From Lytechinus pictus (taxonomy: Eukaryota), in the NCBI RefSeq assembly GCF_037042905.1, contig NC_087245.1, positions 1,116,001 through 1,180,000 of the forward strand: a DNA stretch of 64,000 nucleotides, read 5' to 3'. Both the position numbers and the translations under genes were made by a program. The notes beneath the pieces were generated by a model. That model did not search any database, was not told the DNA's origin, and worked only from the letters and a program-made list of their open reading frames with translations. The first letter of the stretch is position 1. The number at the start of each line of letters is the position of its first letter. This document shows positions 13,960 to 28,217 of this stretch, piece after piece.

Positions 13960-14008
13960 ATCACCCAGTCAATCATGCCCAGTGAGTGCAAGGAAGAAGC
14001 GCAGAGGG
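13960..14008 (+). CDS. Hey: Hey coding exon 2 (SPSQSCPVSARKKRRG, start of basic region)
   Basis: Acceptor tttaatag|, donor GGG|gtaagc. RKKRRG carries the Hey-diagnostic glycine, where Hes proteins have proline. Confidence 0.93.
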
Positions 14009-17000
14009 GTAAGCATTCATTCATTTGAAATCATTCTTAGAAAACATGTTCACCTATAATAATCATACAATATTACATGAAATGTTGTCAAGATTCCAAG
14101 TCTGCGTCATTTCATTGCTAAATAAATTGCTTCTTGAAAATTAGTCTTATACGGCTATTGAACTTCAAATTCGTATCAGTTCGTATTGATTTGATAATGT
14201 CACTGCAAGCAATTAAATTAGGGAAGAATACGTAGAAGGATATGGGCAAATATAGAGGTCGGGCAGTTCAAAACGATTTCGTTTAATTTTGCTAAACTTT
14301 TAACGCCTGCATGCCTATAATTATATAGGTAACCTTTCTTCTTCACTCATCTCAGCCTAGATACGCAACATAATTTACGCGTATGCTTAAATTACTTATG
14401 TCATATATTTCAAACAACGTACGTCTTAAATTAAAACTCGAGTAAGTAACAATTGAATCAAAGTATACGAAATTATTAATCATTGTCAAAGTAAAATTCC
14501 CTTCCAGAACCCATGAATTTCGTCTAATGTAAATTATAAGGAAATAAAGTAACTGTTTTTACTATCAGTAAAGTTAGAGATTTCATATCAGTCTTGCCCT
14601 CCTGTTGGAACTGGGACAGGTTTCCAAAATGAGATGGAACGAAGTGAAAAGCTTCAATTGGCAATGCTACTCGGTGAAGCGAACACTATGTCATCGCTTG
14701 CTATAAAAGGCGCCACGTGCTCGGCCAGCGTCCACGGCGCTTAATTCGCTCAAATCACTTTTGTTCCCATCAAATCAAATAAGACCCCGAGATAATACAG
14801 TAATCTGTAAGAAAGTACACAATTCCTTATTCAAACATTTGTCATTCTTCTTCAAAAGTTGCTTTTTAATGTTTCAGGTGATGTTCCACCTGATAAAACA
14901 ACCAAGTGTGATATGTCAAGAAATCCAGTCGCACTCCAATTACATGAATGCCTGCTTTTAAATCATCATAATCATAACGATGAAAACTATTATTATTTTG
15001 TGAGGTTCACAGCAACCAAAGCGTGATATGCGATAATCATTTATCACAAATTTATTGTAGTTTTAGTTCATGTGTGGCCAAAATAGAATTTAAAGCACTT
15101 GTTAAAGCTTTAACTGTCGAAGGGACATCTAAACTGCCTATACTAATTAAAATCATCATAAAGATGGAGAGTATTATAGGTCTGCATGTTCAAATCTAGA
15201 CGCATTTTAAAAAGTTTGCTTATACTTATAATGCATTACTGTACGAGTGACGTTTTCGGATTCTAAATCACTCGCATTGCAGCATAAATTAGATAAAGAT
15301 GAAACAGGCCTGTGTGGAACAGTACAATATTTAGGTAAATGAAGCGTGTTTTTAAGTCTGTTCTTATTCAATAATATTAAAACTGAAGACATTTAAGTCA
15401 CATTGTGATTTTATTGCTATGCTTTGTGTTACGGGCCCCTGGTTCTGACACAAACAAGAATATATAATGATTTTCCCAAAAGCGTATATTTTGGTCAACC
15501 TGTGTTTACATGATTAAAAGCAAGAGTCGTTTTTAATGATACTTTGATTGTAATGCTTTGGAAATGATAATTCTGGTGGTTCTACTGGTTCTCATTCTTT
15601 AACATGTTACACAAAATAACAATGAACGAGATAATTATGAAAGATATTTTGGTGATGCATAATCGTCGAAAATAACATTGTCATGATTGTTAAATGTGAA
15701 AGTATTTTTGGGGTGATTATAGGTCACGTTAAAAGGGATTGTTAGTGCTCTATTCATTAACAATCGTTTACTTTTGTTACAGAGAGTTAACAGTCCTGTA
15801 GAATATGCTTAATATTATCTCATCGCATTGGATATAAAGTATATACATTATATTAATACCTTAAATGATGTGATTTTCGTTGAACAAGAGTGGTTTGAAC
15901 TACATGTACATACATGATACAGGAAAATTAATATTTGGCTCGTCCACGCGTTGCCATGACAATAAAGTCTTTGGTTATAAATCTATGCGGTGCTTATGAA
16001 TATGATATATTTCTCTCTTAATGATCGGTCATTTCAATAACCAAGTGGTCCACCCGCTAAAGGGTCTGCAATTCAAATAACTCTCCGCCATCATCATGAT
16101 CATGATGCATTCACGCTTTCCAATGCGCAGGCATGGACCGAATCCCCCAGACAAATATTGTTTGATTTCAGCCTATTATCATTCATATCTATATATCGGA
16201 CGGCCTTTGTCAAGTCCTCCTCTGTTTAATTCTTCTATATAATCTCAAGTATTCCATAAGTGGTCCTCATTTGAACGTTCCGATTGCTGCGTTATTTGAG
16301 TTACTGCCTTTATTTCTATCAATGAAAAGGGAATACTATATACACGTCAGCTATTCGCAGCTGGACAAATCTACTCCAAAAAGCTAACGCTCTTTCTATT
16401 TGTTTACAAATCTACTTTATTATCGCGTCAACTTGACTCTATATTGATAAGGCAAAGGGTCCTTTTGTGCAATTTATATAAATGGCCTGCATTATTTGTG
16501 TACTTGAGGAGGGGTCCCATTGTCTTGTATCATGGTGAGAAAATTTTCGCTTAGTTAGGTTTGAGGAATAGATTACAAATGAACTTGAAACATTTATCAT
16601 TAAGTGGTACAATACAAAACTCCGAAAAGAATCAAACAAGTTTAAACAGGTTGAGAGCCACTCTAGTACAAAGACTTCTGATGATTCATTCGAAGAACAA
16701 AGGAAGTATTGGTTTATTAATTGGATAATAATGGTATATTAAGTGCCATATATCACGTAGATAGTAGAAGAGGGCAATTCATTGATACGAAGTTCTTATC
16801 CTGCCTACTGACGTCACTTTCATGACATAATATAACAAAGAACATTGAAATATTTAATTCTTAAACCTTTTAAACTTTAAAACATACTTAACTTAAACTT
16901 AACCATTAAACAAAATCAAAATGACTGACACAATGGCTAACATGATTCTGACTGATTAAAAAAATGCCTTCAGTATAGGCATTTTTTTTTACGATGCTTA

Positions 17001-17269
17001 TTAAAAAGCAAATACGAGATAATAACTTGATATTGATTGCATAATAAAGACTATGTCATGAACTATTATATCAATCTCTCATTTTTCCTCTATCTTCCTC
17101 TGAGTCTCTTCCTTCTCACTCCCTCTCTCCTATTTATCCTGACAATCTTCCCCTTCTACGTTCTGTTTATTCTTCTTTCTCTTAATTATAATCCCTCTAA
17201 ATGTCTTTGTTAATCCCTTAAACCACTTATTTTTGTTTATCTCTCTAAATCCTTAATCATTTCCACTAG

Positions 17270-17353
17270 ATCATTGAGAAGAGAAGACGAGACAGAATCA
17301 ACAATTCTTTAACCGAGCTCAGAAGGCTAGTACCAGCTGCTTTTGAAAAACAG
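17270..17353 (+). CDS. Hey: Hey coding exon 3 ([28 protein letters not shown], basic-helix 1)
   Basis: Acceptor ccactag|, donor CAG|gtatgt; near-identical to the Hey bHLH consensus. Confidence 0.97.
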
Positions 17354-20300
17354 GTATGTAAACGTCTTTCATTTTTAAAACCAATACCAATAAGGGGCTA
17401 TTTATGTTTTACTTTGTCGAAACCAAAACATGACAAGAATCATCCCTAAATGTCAAAACGAACTGGATACCATATCCAAAAAACTTCGACTGAAAACTTG
17501 CCAAAGGTTTGCCAGACAAAATGAAAAGAAGCTTATGTAGACTTTGTGCCACTTATGGTTATTGCAGCTCAAGCCAATAATTGCTTGTTTGTATTTATTT
17601 TCATGTAAAAATAATACATGTTCAAATTTAACAAATCGTATAGATCATATAAGATATGGAGGATGGCCCATTTCAGCGGAATTAACGAAATTTTGTACAC
17701 CGATATTCAGACTATATACAGGTTTCTTCCATCGTCTTTGATATCCCTTAATCGATGTACTAATACCTTGAGATACACGTATTGCAATGTCTGACAAATC
17801 TTTGACAAGGCTTTGTCAATCTTTAAAAAGTTTACTTATAGAAACTTAAGTTTGGAAATTTAGGTATATGTTTTTATTGTCTTCTCTCAAATAAAAATAT
17901 ACACTAACAATATAAATCTCATAAGCAAATTATAAAATCACTAAACAAGTATCACAAAATTATACTGTACAGCGGTCATTGAGAATGAAAAATATTAAAT
18001 GATAATGAAGAACATGCAACTTGTCTCTAAAACAGATTGAACTTCATTAAAATCTAAATAAGAGAGAAAGAGAAAGATAAAGATAGCCATAGCTTAAGTC
18101 ATCGATAATACGTTTTAAACCAACTGATGACGTAAAATCGAGACTCGGTTACAGTCATGAGATGGGTTCAGAATTGGAGCCTCAAGTTGGGAATCGGAAT
18201 AACGTGATGTCTTTACTCAATGTTTTATTCCGCTTCCACCATTGGAAATATAGGAAATGATGACGTATATTATCATCGATATCAGCAGTCGAATATTTAT
18301 CACAATCGATAACTTCTGTATAATTTGATGATATCAAACATATAATGATGAGCAATAATGAACACTGTTCAAACGACATCAAAAGATATTCAAGGGTGGT
18401 AGATTCTAAAGAAACCTTCAAATTTTTAGATGATTGTTTTAAGAGTGAAATGTATAATTCGATGAAAGGAAAATACAATCCAGATAATCAGCATGAGTAA
18501 CTTCTTAAGATTTGCAGGGAATGAGCACAGTGATTTTAAGTTATATGGGATGATAAATGGTCTTGTCTGATATTAATTCATAAATTTGATCTATCGACGG
18601 GCTATGCCATTTTCGCTGCTACCAATGTCACCCTACACGTTACTGCCACTTTAACCGAAGAGGGTGAGAGCAGCGAACGGCAGGTGGGGTGCATGTTTTC
18701 AAGATAAGGTTATGACCTCGGCGTACTTGGGGCGTAACAATACCACTCATTTATTCCATTCATAAAATAATATGAGACGGGTGAATGCGAGAAGAGGGAG
18801 GGGGAGAAAAAACAGCCTACAAATCAAAATACACCAACAAAAGCATCCACAAAACCCAACTTATTTATTAGCAGTAGAGCGAGACCGACCCTTGGAAATT
18901 GCTCCACATTATAATGATATCGAGTATTGGTATTTTGTTATAATCAGAATGATTGGTATGACCGTTATGCGACTGGCATAACTTCCTTTCGTTCATCATG
19001 GTGATAATGAATTAAATTTTCTGTAAATGAAAAAAATATATAATGTTCTTAAAAATTCCGTTTTGGCATTCCGGAGTATAGTGATATTATGAAACGAGAA
19101 CTGAAATCAGTCTGGAATGAAAAAGGCTGCTATTGTAGGAAGATGGACAAAATGGGTGTCACTTTTGAGAGGTGATGTGTCATATCTTTGTGCAAATAAG
19201 CATGCCACCTGCAGCTGCGCTTGTATACTGGTATTCGATTAAAAAGATGAAAGAAATGCAAATACTGTGTGATGTTATGTCCTTTATTATATATGTTTAT
19301 GGAATTGATCACAGTATGCATCTTTTAAAGCAAGAAAAAAAATCAATATTCAAATGAAAATCACAAACTAAATTAAGTCGATGGTTGGAAAAAAGCACAC
19401 GTTATTAAGTTTTTCATTAATGAATTTATGCGAAATTTTTATAATGAATTAAATTGGCTTCTAAACGATTATTATAATAGAATCTGATTTTTACAAGAAA
19501 ATATCGTCAGAAGTACGCATGGTACAATAGTTCACCCCTAACCCATACATCACTTTCCCCTTTCGTCGTCAATAATTGCCGTTCACTATTGCAATCAGAG
19601 GTAAATTTCTTTCCCTTTTCCTTAATACAAATCTTGCCCTGAGGTAAATCGTTCCAGCTTACAATATTCTCAACAAAGAGCTTATAATGGTTTGTTCTTC
19701 TCTTAGTAAGGACAAAAATGCAGTATTTTTATAAACTCAGTGATAAACCGAATAAACCAATCTCTAACTACCGCGTCATACTGCGCTTGTTGTTAACCAA
19801 CATTCATAGTGGTTGCAATTGAACGGATTGAATGAAGTAAATGGTCTTTATCTTTTATTTTCATTTTCTTTCTCCAAATAATATATGACCACGGGACAAA
19901 CTTGAGACTTTACAAAGGATCCTTCTTCTGAAAAAAAAAATGTTGAGAGAGAAAGAAAAAATAAAAGCTCACCACAATCCGATACACAAAGGGCACGCGA
20001 AAGGCACGAGCTGGTATATCCTCTTTTTTCCCCCTTGTATTTGAGATTTCTTTTATGTACTTTCCAGTCTATTCTTGTGTTTTCTTTTCGGGCAAGCGTG
20101 TGCAGGTGTTGAAGATATGGTGAAATAAGGGCCCTAACGAGCAAAAAGTAGAGAAAAAAGGAAAAATACATAAAATATATTGTTCGCATTTTGAGGTGAC
20201 GGGGTAAGAATAGCTGCGGTTTGGGGTGTATAAAAGAAGATTTGCATTGGTTGACCTTCGTGGGTGGATTTGAGTTTCAGGTAAGGGCAACGAGATCTAA

Positions 20301-21845
20301 AAATGTCCAAACTCATTATAATATAACTGTATTAATTATCTTTATGGCTAACGTTTGACAAAAGCGAAATTCTTTTATTAGGATTGTCTAAGAAATTACC
20401 AAAAAGACAGATGTTCTTTTTTCTAAATTACCTTTGATATGTTGTCAGAATGCTGATTGTTGTGTCAATACATCAGTATGAATGTCTTGAATTGAATTTG
20501 AAATCAATTCAGTAATGTTCGACTCTGTCTTGATGCTTTGAATGTGAAGAATGATATGGATATAATAGAAAGGGTCAAACAATTCCTGTACTTTAGTTTT
20601 CCCTCCAAACTTACAACTTCTACTTTAGTGTAAACACACCTAGGCCTAAATCATTTAATGTATGAGAGAACTTGACATTCACAATGATAACATTAATTCG
20701 CAACGGCGGTAAGGATGCGTTGATGTGTCGCCAAAAAGAATTTTATGTGTCGATTCACATGACTTCCGGCAAAGCGGGTGGAATAAAGAAGAGCCACCTT
20801 ATACTAAGAAAGGAAAAAAATCTATTGAAAGGGGATTTGTGTTTTCTAATTGAGGACACGCGAGGTTCTCGTGGCCTTGTTTGCATAGTAGAATTTTGGC
20901 GCGTGCTTAGGTCTCTTTGTCTCGGCCCATTGGTCAGGGTGACAGCAGAGTGTGTCGGGTCAGGTCGACAATACAAAAATATAATCAAAGGGAAAATATC
21001 ATAAAAAGTACTGTGAACAGGCAAGTGTCTGTGTCTTCTCTGTAAGAACATTAAAAGTACAACTTACACAATCATGACAATGGGAGTTTTATTTCGATAT
21101 AGCAAGACAGTAACTCCCACCTCCCTGCTTGAAGGATAAGAGGACCACATCGCACAAATTGAGGTTTATCTATGTTAAAACTTCGGGTATTTATGTTTTC
21201 AAGGCCTGTATCTATATATCATATTCTCTTGATTCGGCTTTTCGGTGAAGGAACAAGATTTGGATGGCAAAATAAGAGATTAGTTTGCTTTAATAAGCAT
21301 CTGGTTAATCCAACCATCGAAGACATTCATGTTACGGTATGTAGTACCTGATGTAGGGAAACCATTAAACTAAGCACTTCTACCGCTACACTATACACTC
21401 CCTCGATCGTGACAAAGCGATTCGGCTGTATCAGCTTTGCCAAATTTACATGATTTATTAAAGATGTCTCACGAAAATGCTTTACTGATATCGATTCATC
21501 CATGTTTCCAAACCAGTATAAAGACCTGTTCAAGGTATTCCTCGTAGGGTATTTAAGTGTGAATTCTTTAAATCCGATTGCTTAAACGAGTGTGTTTGTT
21601 GGTTTCTGTCACGAGTTTATGTGGAGCAGTTACAGAGATTCTTTTACCTTCGAGTTCCTTTAATGCTCTTTAATTTCTTGCAGGTTGTATTCCATTCTAT
21701 ATCCATACATCGACTGAGTCAATGAGAATTGATGTTCTTTAGGGTTAATGTTCACAAAACAGTTTTATGCATATCTGAAATTCATACTTAAGTGTTTGTG
21801 ATTTTTGTTTCTCAAACGTTGTTCAATCTTATATCTTTACTCCAG

Positions 21846-21918
21846 GGGTCTGCTAAGCTAGAGAAGGCTGAGATTCTTCAGATGACAGTGGACCATCTGA
21901 AATACCTCCATGCCAAAG
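21846..21918 (+). CDS. Hey: Hey coding exon 4 ([24 protein letters not shown], loop-helix 2)
   Basis: Acceptor actccag|, donor G|gtgatt; canonical [12 protein letters not shown] motif. Confidence 0.97.
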
Positions 21919-22445
21919 GTGATTAATGCGTTTTAAACTTTATTTCCAGTGATTCAATTACTCAATTTTCAATTAACACCTTAGGAGTAATAATGGCTGT
22001 GCTCTTACTAAACGAATGGTAGTGTAAATCTGTCAGTATAGCACCTAAAAAATACTTTGGACACACAACTCTCAACAATTGTTATTGTTCCAATGCACTT
22101 GATCTTGTAGCTGGGACAAAGAATAACTACCTCGTCTTTTACTCGTCTGTGTAATATTGTATACAGTCCTTACGTATGCTATTGTATTTTTCTCGTCGAA
22201 CTGCTGATTACTTGTGATTATTCCATGTTTTTCCTCAACTAGTGTACGTTTCATTCAGTTTAATATGACCAGCGAAGGTTTTGGTTCTCATAATCATGAA
22301 TATTCTAGTCCTTTTGCCAAAAGTCACTGGATGAAATTTACATCAATTTTGTTTAGTTTGCAATATGTATCTTGATTTTATAGGCCTGTGAAATAATGGA
22401 GACCAAAAAGCATCAGTTAGCATTCTTTTCCACTTTTGTATACAG

Positions 22446-23146
22446 GTATTGATGGATCTTTTCACCCTTATGGTGAAGCCCATGCGTACGCCATGGATTA
22501 CCGTGTTCTAGGCTTCAGGGAGTGTGCTTCTGAAGTGGCAAGGTACCTCGTCACCGTAGAAGGAATGGACATTCAAGATCCCTTGAGACTTCGACTCATG
22601 TCTCATCTTCAGTGTTACGTGGCTCAGCGTGAGTTCCAGACACGACAACACTATACAGTCTCTGGACACTCTCAGTTTCCTGCGCACACTCATTCGCAGA
22701 CTCCAGCGTTGCCGCCTCCACCTCACAGTGGTCCACAGCATAACGCTGGAGGTGGAGGTGGTGCTACGTCGGAGCATCATCCAGCCAGTCTTCCTCCAGC
22801 CGTTACGTCTGTCAGTGAGAACTCACGTCAGATGCTTCCCATGATCACAAGCACAAGTCATGCAGAAAGTCAACTGCAGACATCCTGTCATGGAAGACTA
22901 CCCATGCCAGCTCCTCCAACCGGTGTTGTATCGTCAGCCCCCATTGGAAACAGTCAGAGTAGTCAGCTATCAACACAGATAGCGCCCTCTCTGCCTATCC
23001 ACAGCCAGTATTCTGTGCCATACAACTCGTTGCCTGTCCTCTCACCCAATGGCTATACCGGAAGCCCTACCAGCACATCGCTCAACTCACATACTGCCCT
23101 GGTATCCAAGCCATATCGTCCATGGGGAACCGAAATGGCCTACTAA
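22446..23146 (+). CDS. Hey: Hey coding exon 5 (Orange domain, Pro/Ser-rich region, KPYRPWGTEMAY*)
   Basis: Acceptor tatacag|. Orange domain DYRVLGFRECASEVARYL...DPLRLRLMSHL; YRPW plus TE motif. The spliced CDS is 966 nt (321 aa). Confidence 0.97.
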
Positions 23147-24595
23147 AGACATTTCATATCAACCAAAGAAAAAAAAGTACCCATTACTCGTGCTCCACAC
23201 TCTGCATGTGGGACTTAAATTTTTCTAACGAATGATAAATCCCTGATAATATTTCTTTGATAGTGTAGAAAAAGTATGACCTAGTACTTTTATGATGCAA
23301 TGCCCTACGATTCTGGACCTATAATGTGTTACATTTGACAGTTTTTCCTGTGTTCTTATTTCTCCATGTGTCAATTTGATATTTTTGATTGATTTATTTA
23401 AACTTCACCTTGATGTCTTGTATGGAAATACATAATGCAAATGTCCTTACTGTTTTGTAAATTCTTTATGTTCATTGGCTTACCAAGCGAACCTTCATTG
23501 TATTGTATTTTTCGTTGTTTTAGTTATTGCAACTACATGCTACATGGATGGCTATATAATTGTCTGTTTAAGGCAGATGAGCATTGCAATAACTGCGTGA
23601 ATATTATTTTCGTGGACCATATTGGCCGATAATGAGACATTTACGCAATACTATGATATAATTCATCCAAGTAAAAACCAACATTCCAGCATCACCAGGC
23701 GTATGCAGCGTCTGGTGATATATATATGTGTGCCGCTGAAACATTCCAATTTATCATCTTATATTGCTTACTTGTTTTTCGTTTTTAATTGATTCCATCA
23801 AAGGAAAAAGGCCGATTTTGTATTCAAGCGTTCGATAATTTCTGTATCATGAACCGATTATAACACATAGATACTCTGGGAATGAACAGTTCATATTACA
23901 AGGGAATCTAATGGAATGGTATACATGGTATAGTAATCAACGATTAGGTAGTTGTCAAAGCAAGCTAAATATTTTCTCATGTTCAGAAGATTTCTCTCCA
24001 CTTTTAAAAATCAACTATACATAGCTTTATTATTTTATTGAAAGCTATTGTCACAGACTTGCTTGCCTATTAAATTTACAAGGATACAAATAAACAGTGA
24101 CATATTATCAAGATAAAAAAATGAAATGATCGTTATAAGAGTAGTGAAAGTGCAACAATTATACCAATTCTCATTTCGTGGAAAGTGCATAATGATGATC
24201 TAGATAGATTTCTCGTGTTTTGTATCAAAGATGACTTGTGATTGATGGTTTACCTACTTTCGTATTCATCAATCATTCCTTTCCAAATATTACTGATTAA
24301 AATATAGATCGTCACAGTGGATTAAAGATGCAATTCGTTGAATCGTATGAACCATCGACTATGTTCGACCCCCCCCCCATGATTATGTAAAACCTTCCTG
24401 AATTAGAAACGATTGTCTCTCCTTAAATTTCATATAAACTGTGTAATCCTCAAAGAATATTTTCGCTCGATTAATGCATGGAATGCTGTAAAAATAGGGG
24501 AGGGGTCGGACTTACAAAATCTTTTACTATTTGAAACAAAGTGGACATCGTTAACTTATTAATTGATGTAATATGTTGATTCCTTGTTTCAATGA

Positions 24596-24842
24596 TACAC
24601 TAAAAAAATATTGGGTAAACATGCTCCGTGATGGTAATTATGTGTCCAACCAACACTGGGCATTTCTTTTGGGCATTTTTATTTTTCCAGTGTGATGAAA
24701 ATTTTGCCCATTCTAAAGAAATTTCTGTTTATTTTTTACCTTAGTGGACAATACGCTTCCCGCATTGGGTAAAATACTGCCCAAAATTGGTTGGACACCT
24801 AATTACCCTCATGCTGGTTAAAATTTTACCCAATACAGTGTA
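24596..24842. mobile_element. Small MITE with CACT...AGTG termini and TA flanks (EnSpm/CMC-like, tentative)
   Basis: TA|CACT..TATTGGGTAAA..GGTAATTATGTGTCCAACCAA is mirrored by TTGGTTGGACACCTAATTACC..TTTACCCAATACAGTG|TA. Confidence 0.75.
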
Positions 24843-25437
24843 CGTTGTTTCTATTTCGAATATACTAGTAGAGTGTAACTCGAAATAATATCAATGTCGA
24901 TAAAATACAATGATTCAAATATGGTCAGTGTTTCCTGACTAGTACCTCATTATTTAATAATTTATTCATCTCTTAACTTATTATGTACATATTGAATTGA
25001 TTACAATGTATAAGAAATCTACAATCAATCTTCTATACGGACAAGCAGGAAAACAGTTAACTTACAAAGTTTACTTCGTTTGCATTATTGATGAGCAATA
25101 AATGAAGAGGGTCAGTTTTGCTTCCTAGTTTATTTTTGTATAAAGAAGCTAAAAATGTTTAATTTGCATTTAGATTTTGCTACCTATTCAATATTGTGTA
25201 TTATTTATTATTGTGATAAACAAAAAACAATGAATAAAATATGAAAATAATTGTATGTAGAAATCAAATGAGAATAGAGTCTTGCATTTCATTTGACGTT
25301 CCTGTTTGACTTGATTTTAATTTGTTCTTAAGAGGATCAGATCCTTGGTTTCAAATAAGCAGAAATAGTGAGGTAATCAATAAAGTCTATCTGCAAGTCA
25401 AAGTAGGTGCTCAGGGAGCTATATCTAGCTCTACTGA

Positions 25438-25866
25438 TTAAAAGGAGAGGTTCATCCTGATCATGCTGATGGTAAGTTGGTAATAGAAGTAAAATTAGGG
25501 GAAATGGGTGAAGGTTCGGTGAAAATCCAACAAAGAATAAAAGAGTTATGAAATTGTATTTGCTTTTATTTCTGGCGTCATCGTCCGAGCAGCTCCCTAT
25601 TTAAAATTAAATTCAATAAATTCATTTTTTAATGGAACATTGTGAATAAAATATTGTTCATATATAGAAGAGGGAATGACGTTTATGGAATTTACATAAC
25701 ACGACATGACATATTGAGGAATTGCTTGTCTGTGACGTAACAAAACTAAACGTTTAAATATTTAAATTGTATTCTTCGGTGGAATTTCATCGAACCGCCG
25801 CCAATAATTTCCACATTTTTTTTGCGTTTTTTTAATCAAAACTAACTCATCGTTGGGAGGAAATTC
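25438..25866. mobile_element. Old, degenerate TTAA-AG-type MITE
   Basis: Start TTAAAAGGAGAGGTTCATCC..GAAAATCC..AATAAAAGAGTTATGA resembles the other TTAA families; weak inverted counterpart near 25780-25866. Confidence 0.35.
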
Positions 25867-27577
25867 GATGTTTACGGGGGTAGTCAACATTGGTTGGAGG
25901 AGATATAATTAAAACTTAAATCTGGATGAACTGCGAGCGAACAAAGCTCACGATAACAAGGGGGGAGGAAAGGAAGAGAGATTGTAGGAGAGAAAGAAAG
26001 GGGGCTGGGGTAATGGAAGACGGGATACAGATAGGAAGAAAGAAAGAGAGGACGAGATAAGAGAGAGAGGGGTTTATGTTGGAAGGGGTTCGTTTGAGTT
26101 GTTTTTTATTATCTGGTTTCTTATATCATTATTCATCATGACAGAGCAGTTGCTTCTACTTGTGCTCATTCGTCGGTATATACTGAAAGGGGGGTTTGCG
26201 GCCATAGACCCAAAATGTTTCACGAAGAATAAGGGGAAAAAAGACAAGAGAGGAGAAAAGGAAGAGGGGTAAAATGTGATATCATTTTCTGGAGATTAAG
26301 TAAATTCTGTAATTTTATGTATCAAAAAGGTATGAATTTTCACTTGCTCGTATATAGCTTTTTAGAAACTTTGCCGTGTACGCCATGTCCGCACCCCTCG
26401 AAGCATTTGGCACATTGTGCCACTGAGCACAGTATCCCATTGTTTTCAATGGGTATGTTTTGATAGCTGGAATATGCAGCCCTTTCCTCTTAAAATTCCC
26501 ATGTTCATTTTTTTAAGTTGTTATCACTTTCTGATGATTCCCCCTTATACCAAATTAAAATATTGTCTTGATTGCGAAGCAGAATAAACTCGTTTGATTT
26601 CTGACGATACCTTGATTTATCCCTTTAATCAGCTTAACATGCACAATTTCTTTCTGATCAGCACCTTGTCCATGTTCTCCAGATTCTAAAAATTCACTTA
26701 TCAAACTGAGATAAAAGTCCATATACATTATTTTGTCATCATTAGTGATTATTGTTCCTTTTTATATCTCATAACTGACCAATTTTCATACAAAATACCC
26801 ACTCGCCATTTTGATTATTACCCATGATATAAATATTGTTATTTTTCATTCATTAATTTCCTCTGATAAGCGTCTCATTTCAACCATGTTACTCACTTAT
26901 TTTAATATTTCTATTCATTCTATTTCTGAGTAAATGTGTAAGTGAGGAAAACCCCATCTTTTTCTTCAGCCAATACAGAGAACTGGAAGTCGTTTTGACA
27001 TTGACTCATATTTCTTGATTTCAAGAAATTTGTTCTTGATATCAAGAAATGATAAATGAGAAAAACGACATCTATACAATGTTGGCATACGCTGGTAAAA
27101 ACGTCAAGGTTAAAAAGCCATTTAAATTATATTTTAGTGTCTAATTGTGAGTAGATGTCTCGAATATAAAAAATGATAATATCGGTCAATAAAATAATGA
27201 CGAAATGAGCAATAGAAAATGTGGGGGGCAAACATGGCGTATTGGGCAAAATTTTTAGAATGTCGCGAGTGAGAAGCAAGCGAACAGGAAATAAATTTCG
27301 AAGTTTTTTTTTAATGAAAATCTTATTTTGTGATAGATCTTGATATTTAACATTTTTTCTTCTCATTCTTTAAAAAGATTATAGTGCTTTTTTATGACTA
27401 TAGTGGTATTTGAGCTGGTGTACCTGAGGAGAAAGGGAAGGTCCACCGAAACTAATTGTGGATTCGAATAAACTCAGATATACAGATTCCCTCCTTGAAA
27501 TTTTATCAAACTAGGATATTAAAGTAACAAAGTCATATACATTTTAAGGTATTTTTCTTTTACTATAAAACAAAAAC

Positions 27578-27721
27578 AAACAAGCGGAACGCCTCTGGCA
27601 GTCTCGCCTGCATTACGCGATTCGATATATATAGCAGCAGTGCTGACTTTGAAAACAGCTATTGAATAATTATTCACAAAAGAAAACATTCATATGATAA
27701 TAAAATACTATGTCCATTGAC
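27578..27721 (-). mobile_element. 3' terminal fragment of a Helentron/Helitron-like non-autonomous element
   Basis: Reverse complement ends TGCAGGCGAGACTGCCAGAGGCGTTCCGCTTGTTT, matching the terminus at 55850-55937. Also contains GTCAATGGACAT, which matches 55049-55060. Confidence 0.65.
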
Positions 27722-28217
27722 AATTCGATCTTGATGAAATTTGAGCGTTATGATAGTTGGAGTTTCCTCTTTTTATTAAAATCAAGTTAATAGTTGTGGT
27801 AGACATTCCCTATGAAAGCAATAATATTTTCTGTTGCAAGTTCGAGTCAAAGGTTTGGTAATCAATCCAAAATAATACTACACTTCATACGTATAATTAA
27901 GATAGAGCCTAATGTAAAAAACATAGTATAACTCGTTTTATTTCGTCTTTACAATATCGATCATTAGTAAATCGTTAGGTGTATAGTTTGCGGTAGCGCT
28001 CACTTCAGGCAGGATGTCAATAATGGTTGTTAACAAGTCATAATGATGAATGCTCTCTCAACCTTGGATGTTCATCTAAAATAGAAACCGTATCGCAATT
28101 CACAGAACACTCGCGTGTAGAAATATTGCTCATTGATTTCCAGTGACTGGTCTATGCCAATTTAACCTAATTTTTATTTGTCATCATGTCTTTGCAAACC
28201 ACCAAAATTTATTTATC

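Noticed and set aside
22436..22445. Track start codon for a stand-alone 236-aa Hey ORF
   Set aside because: It is a TTG within the splice acceptor. The exon starts at 22446 and the bHLH is encoded by upstream exons.
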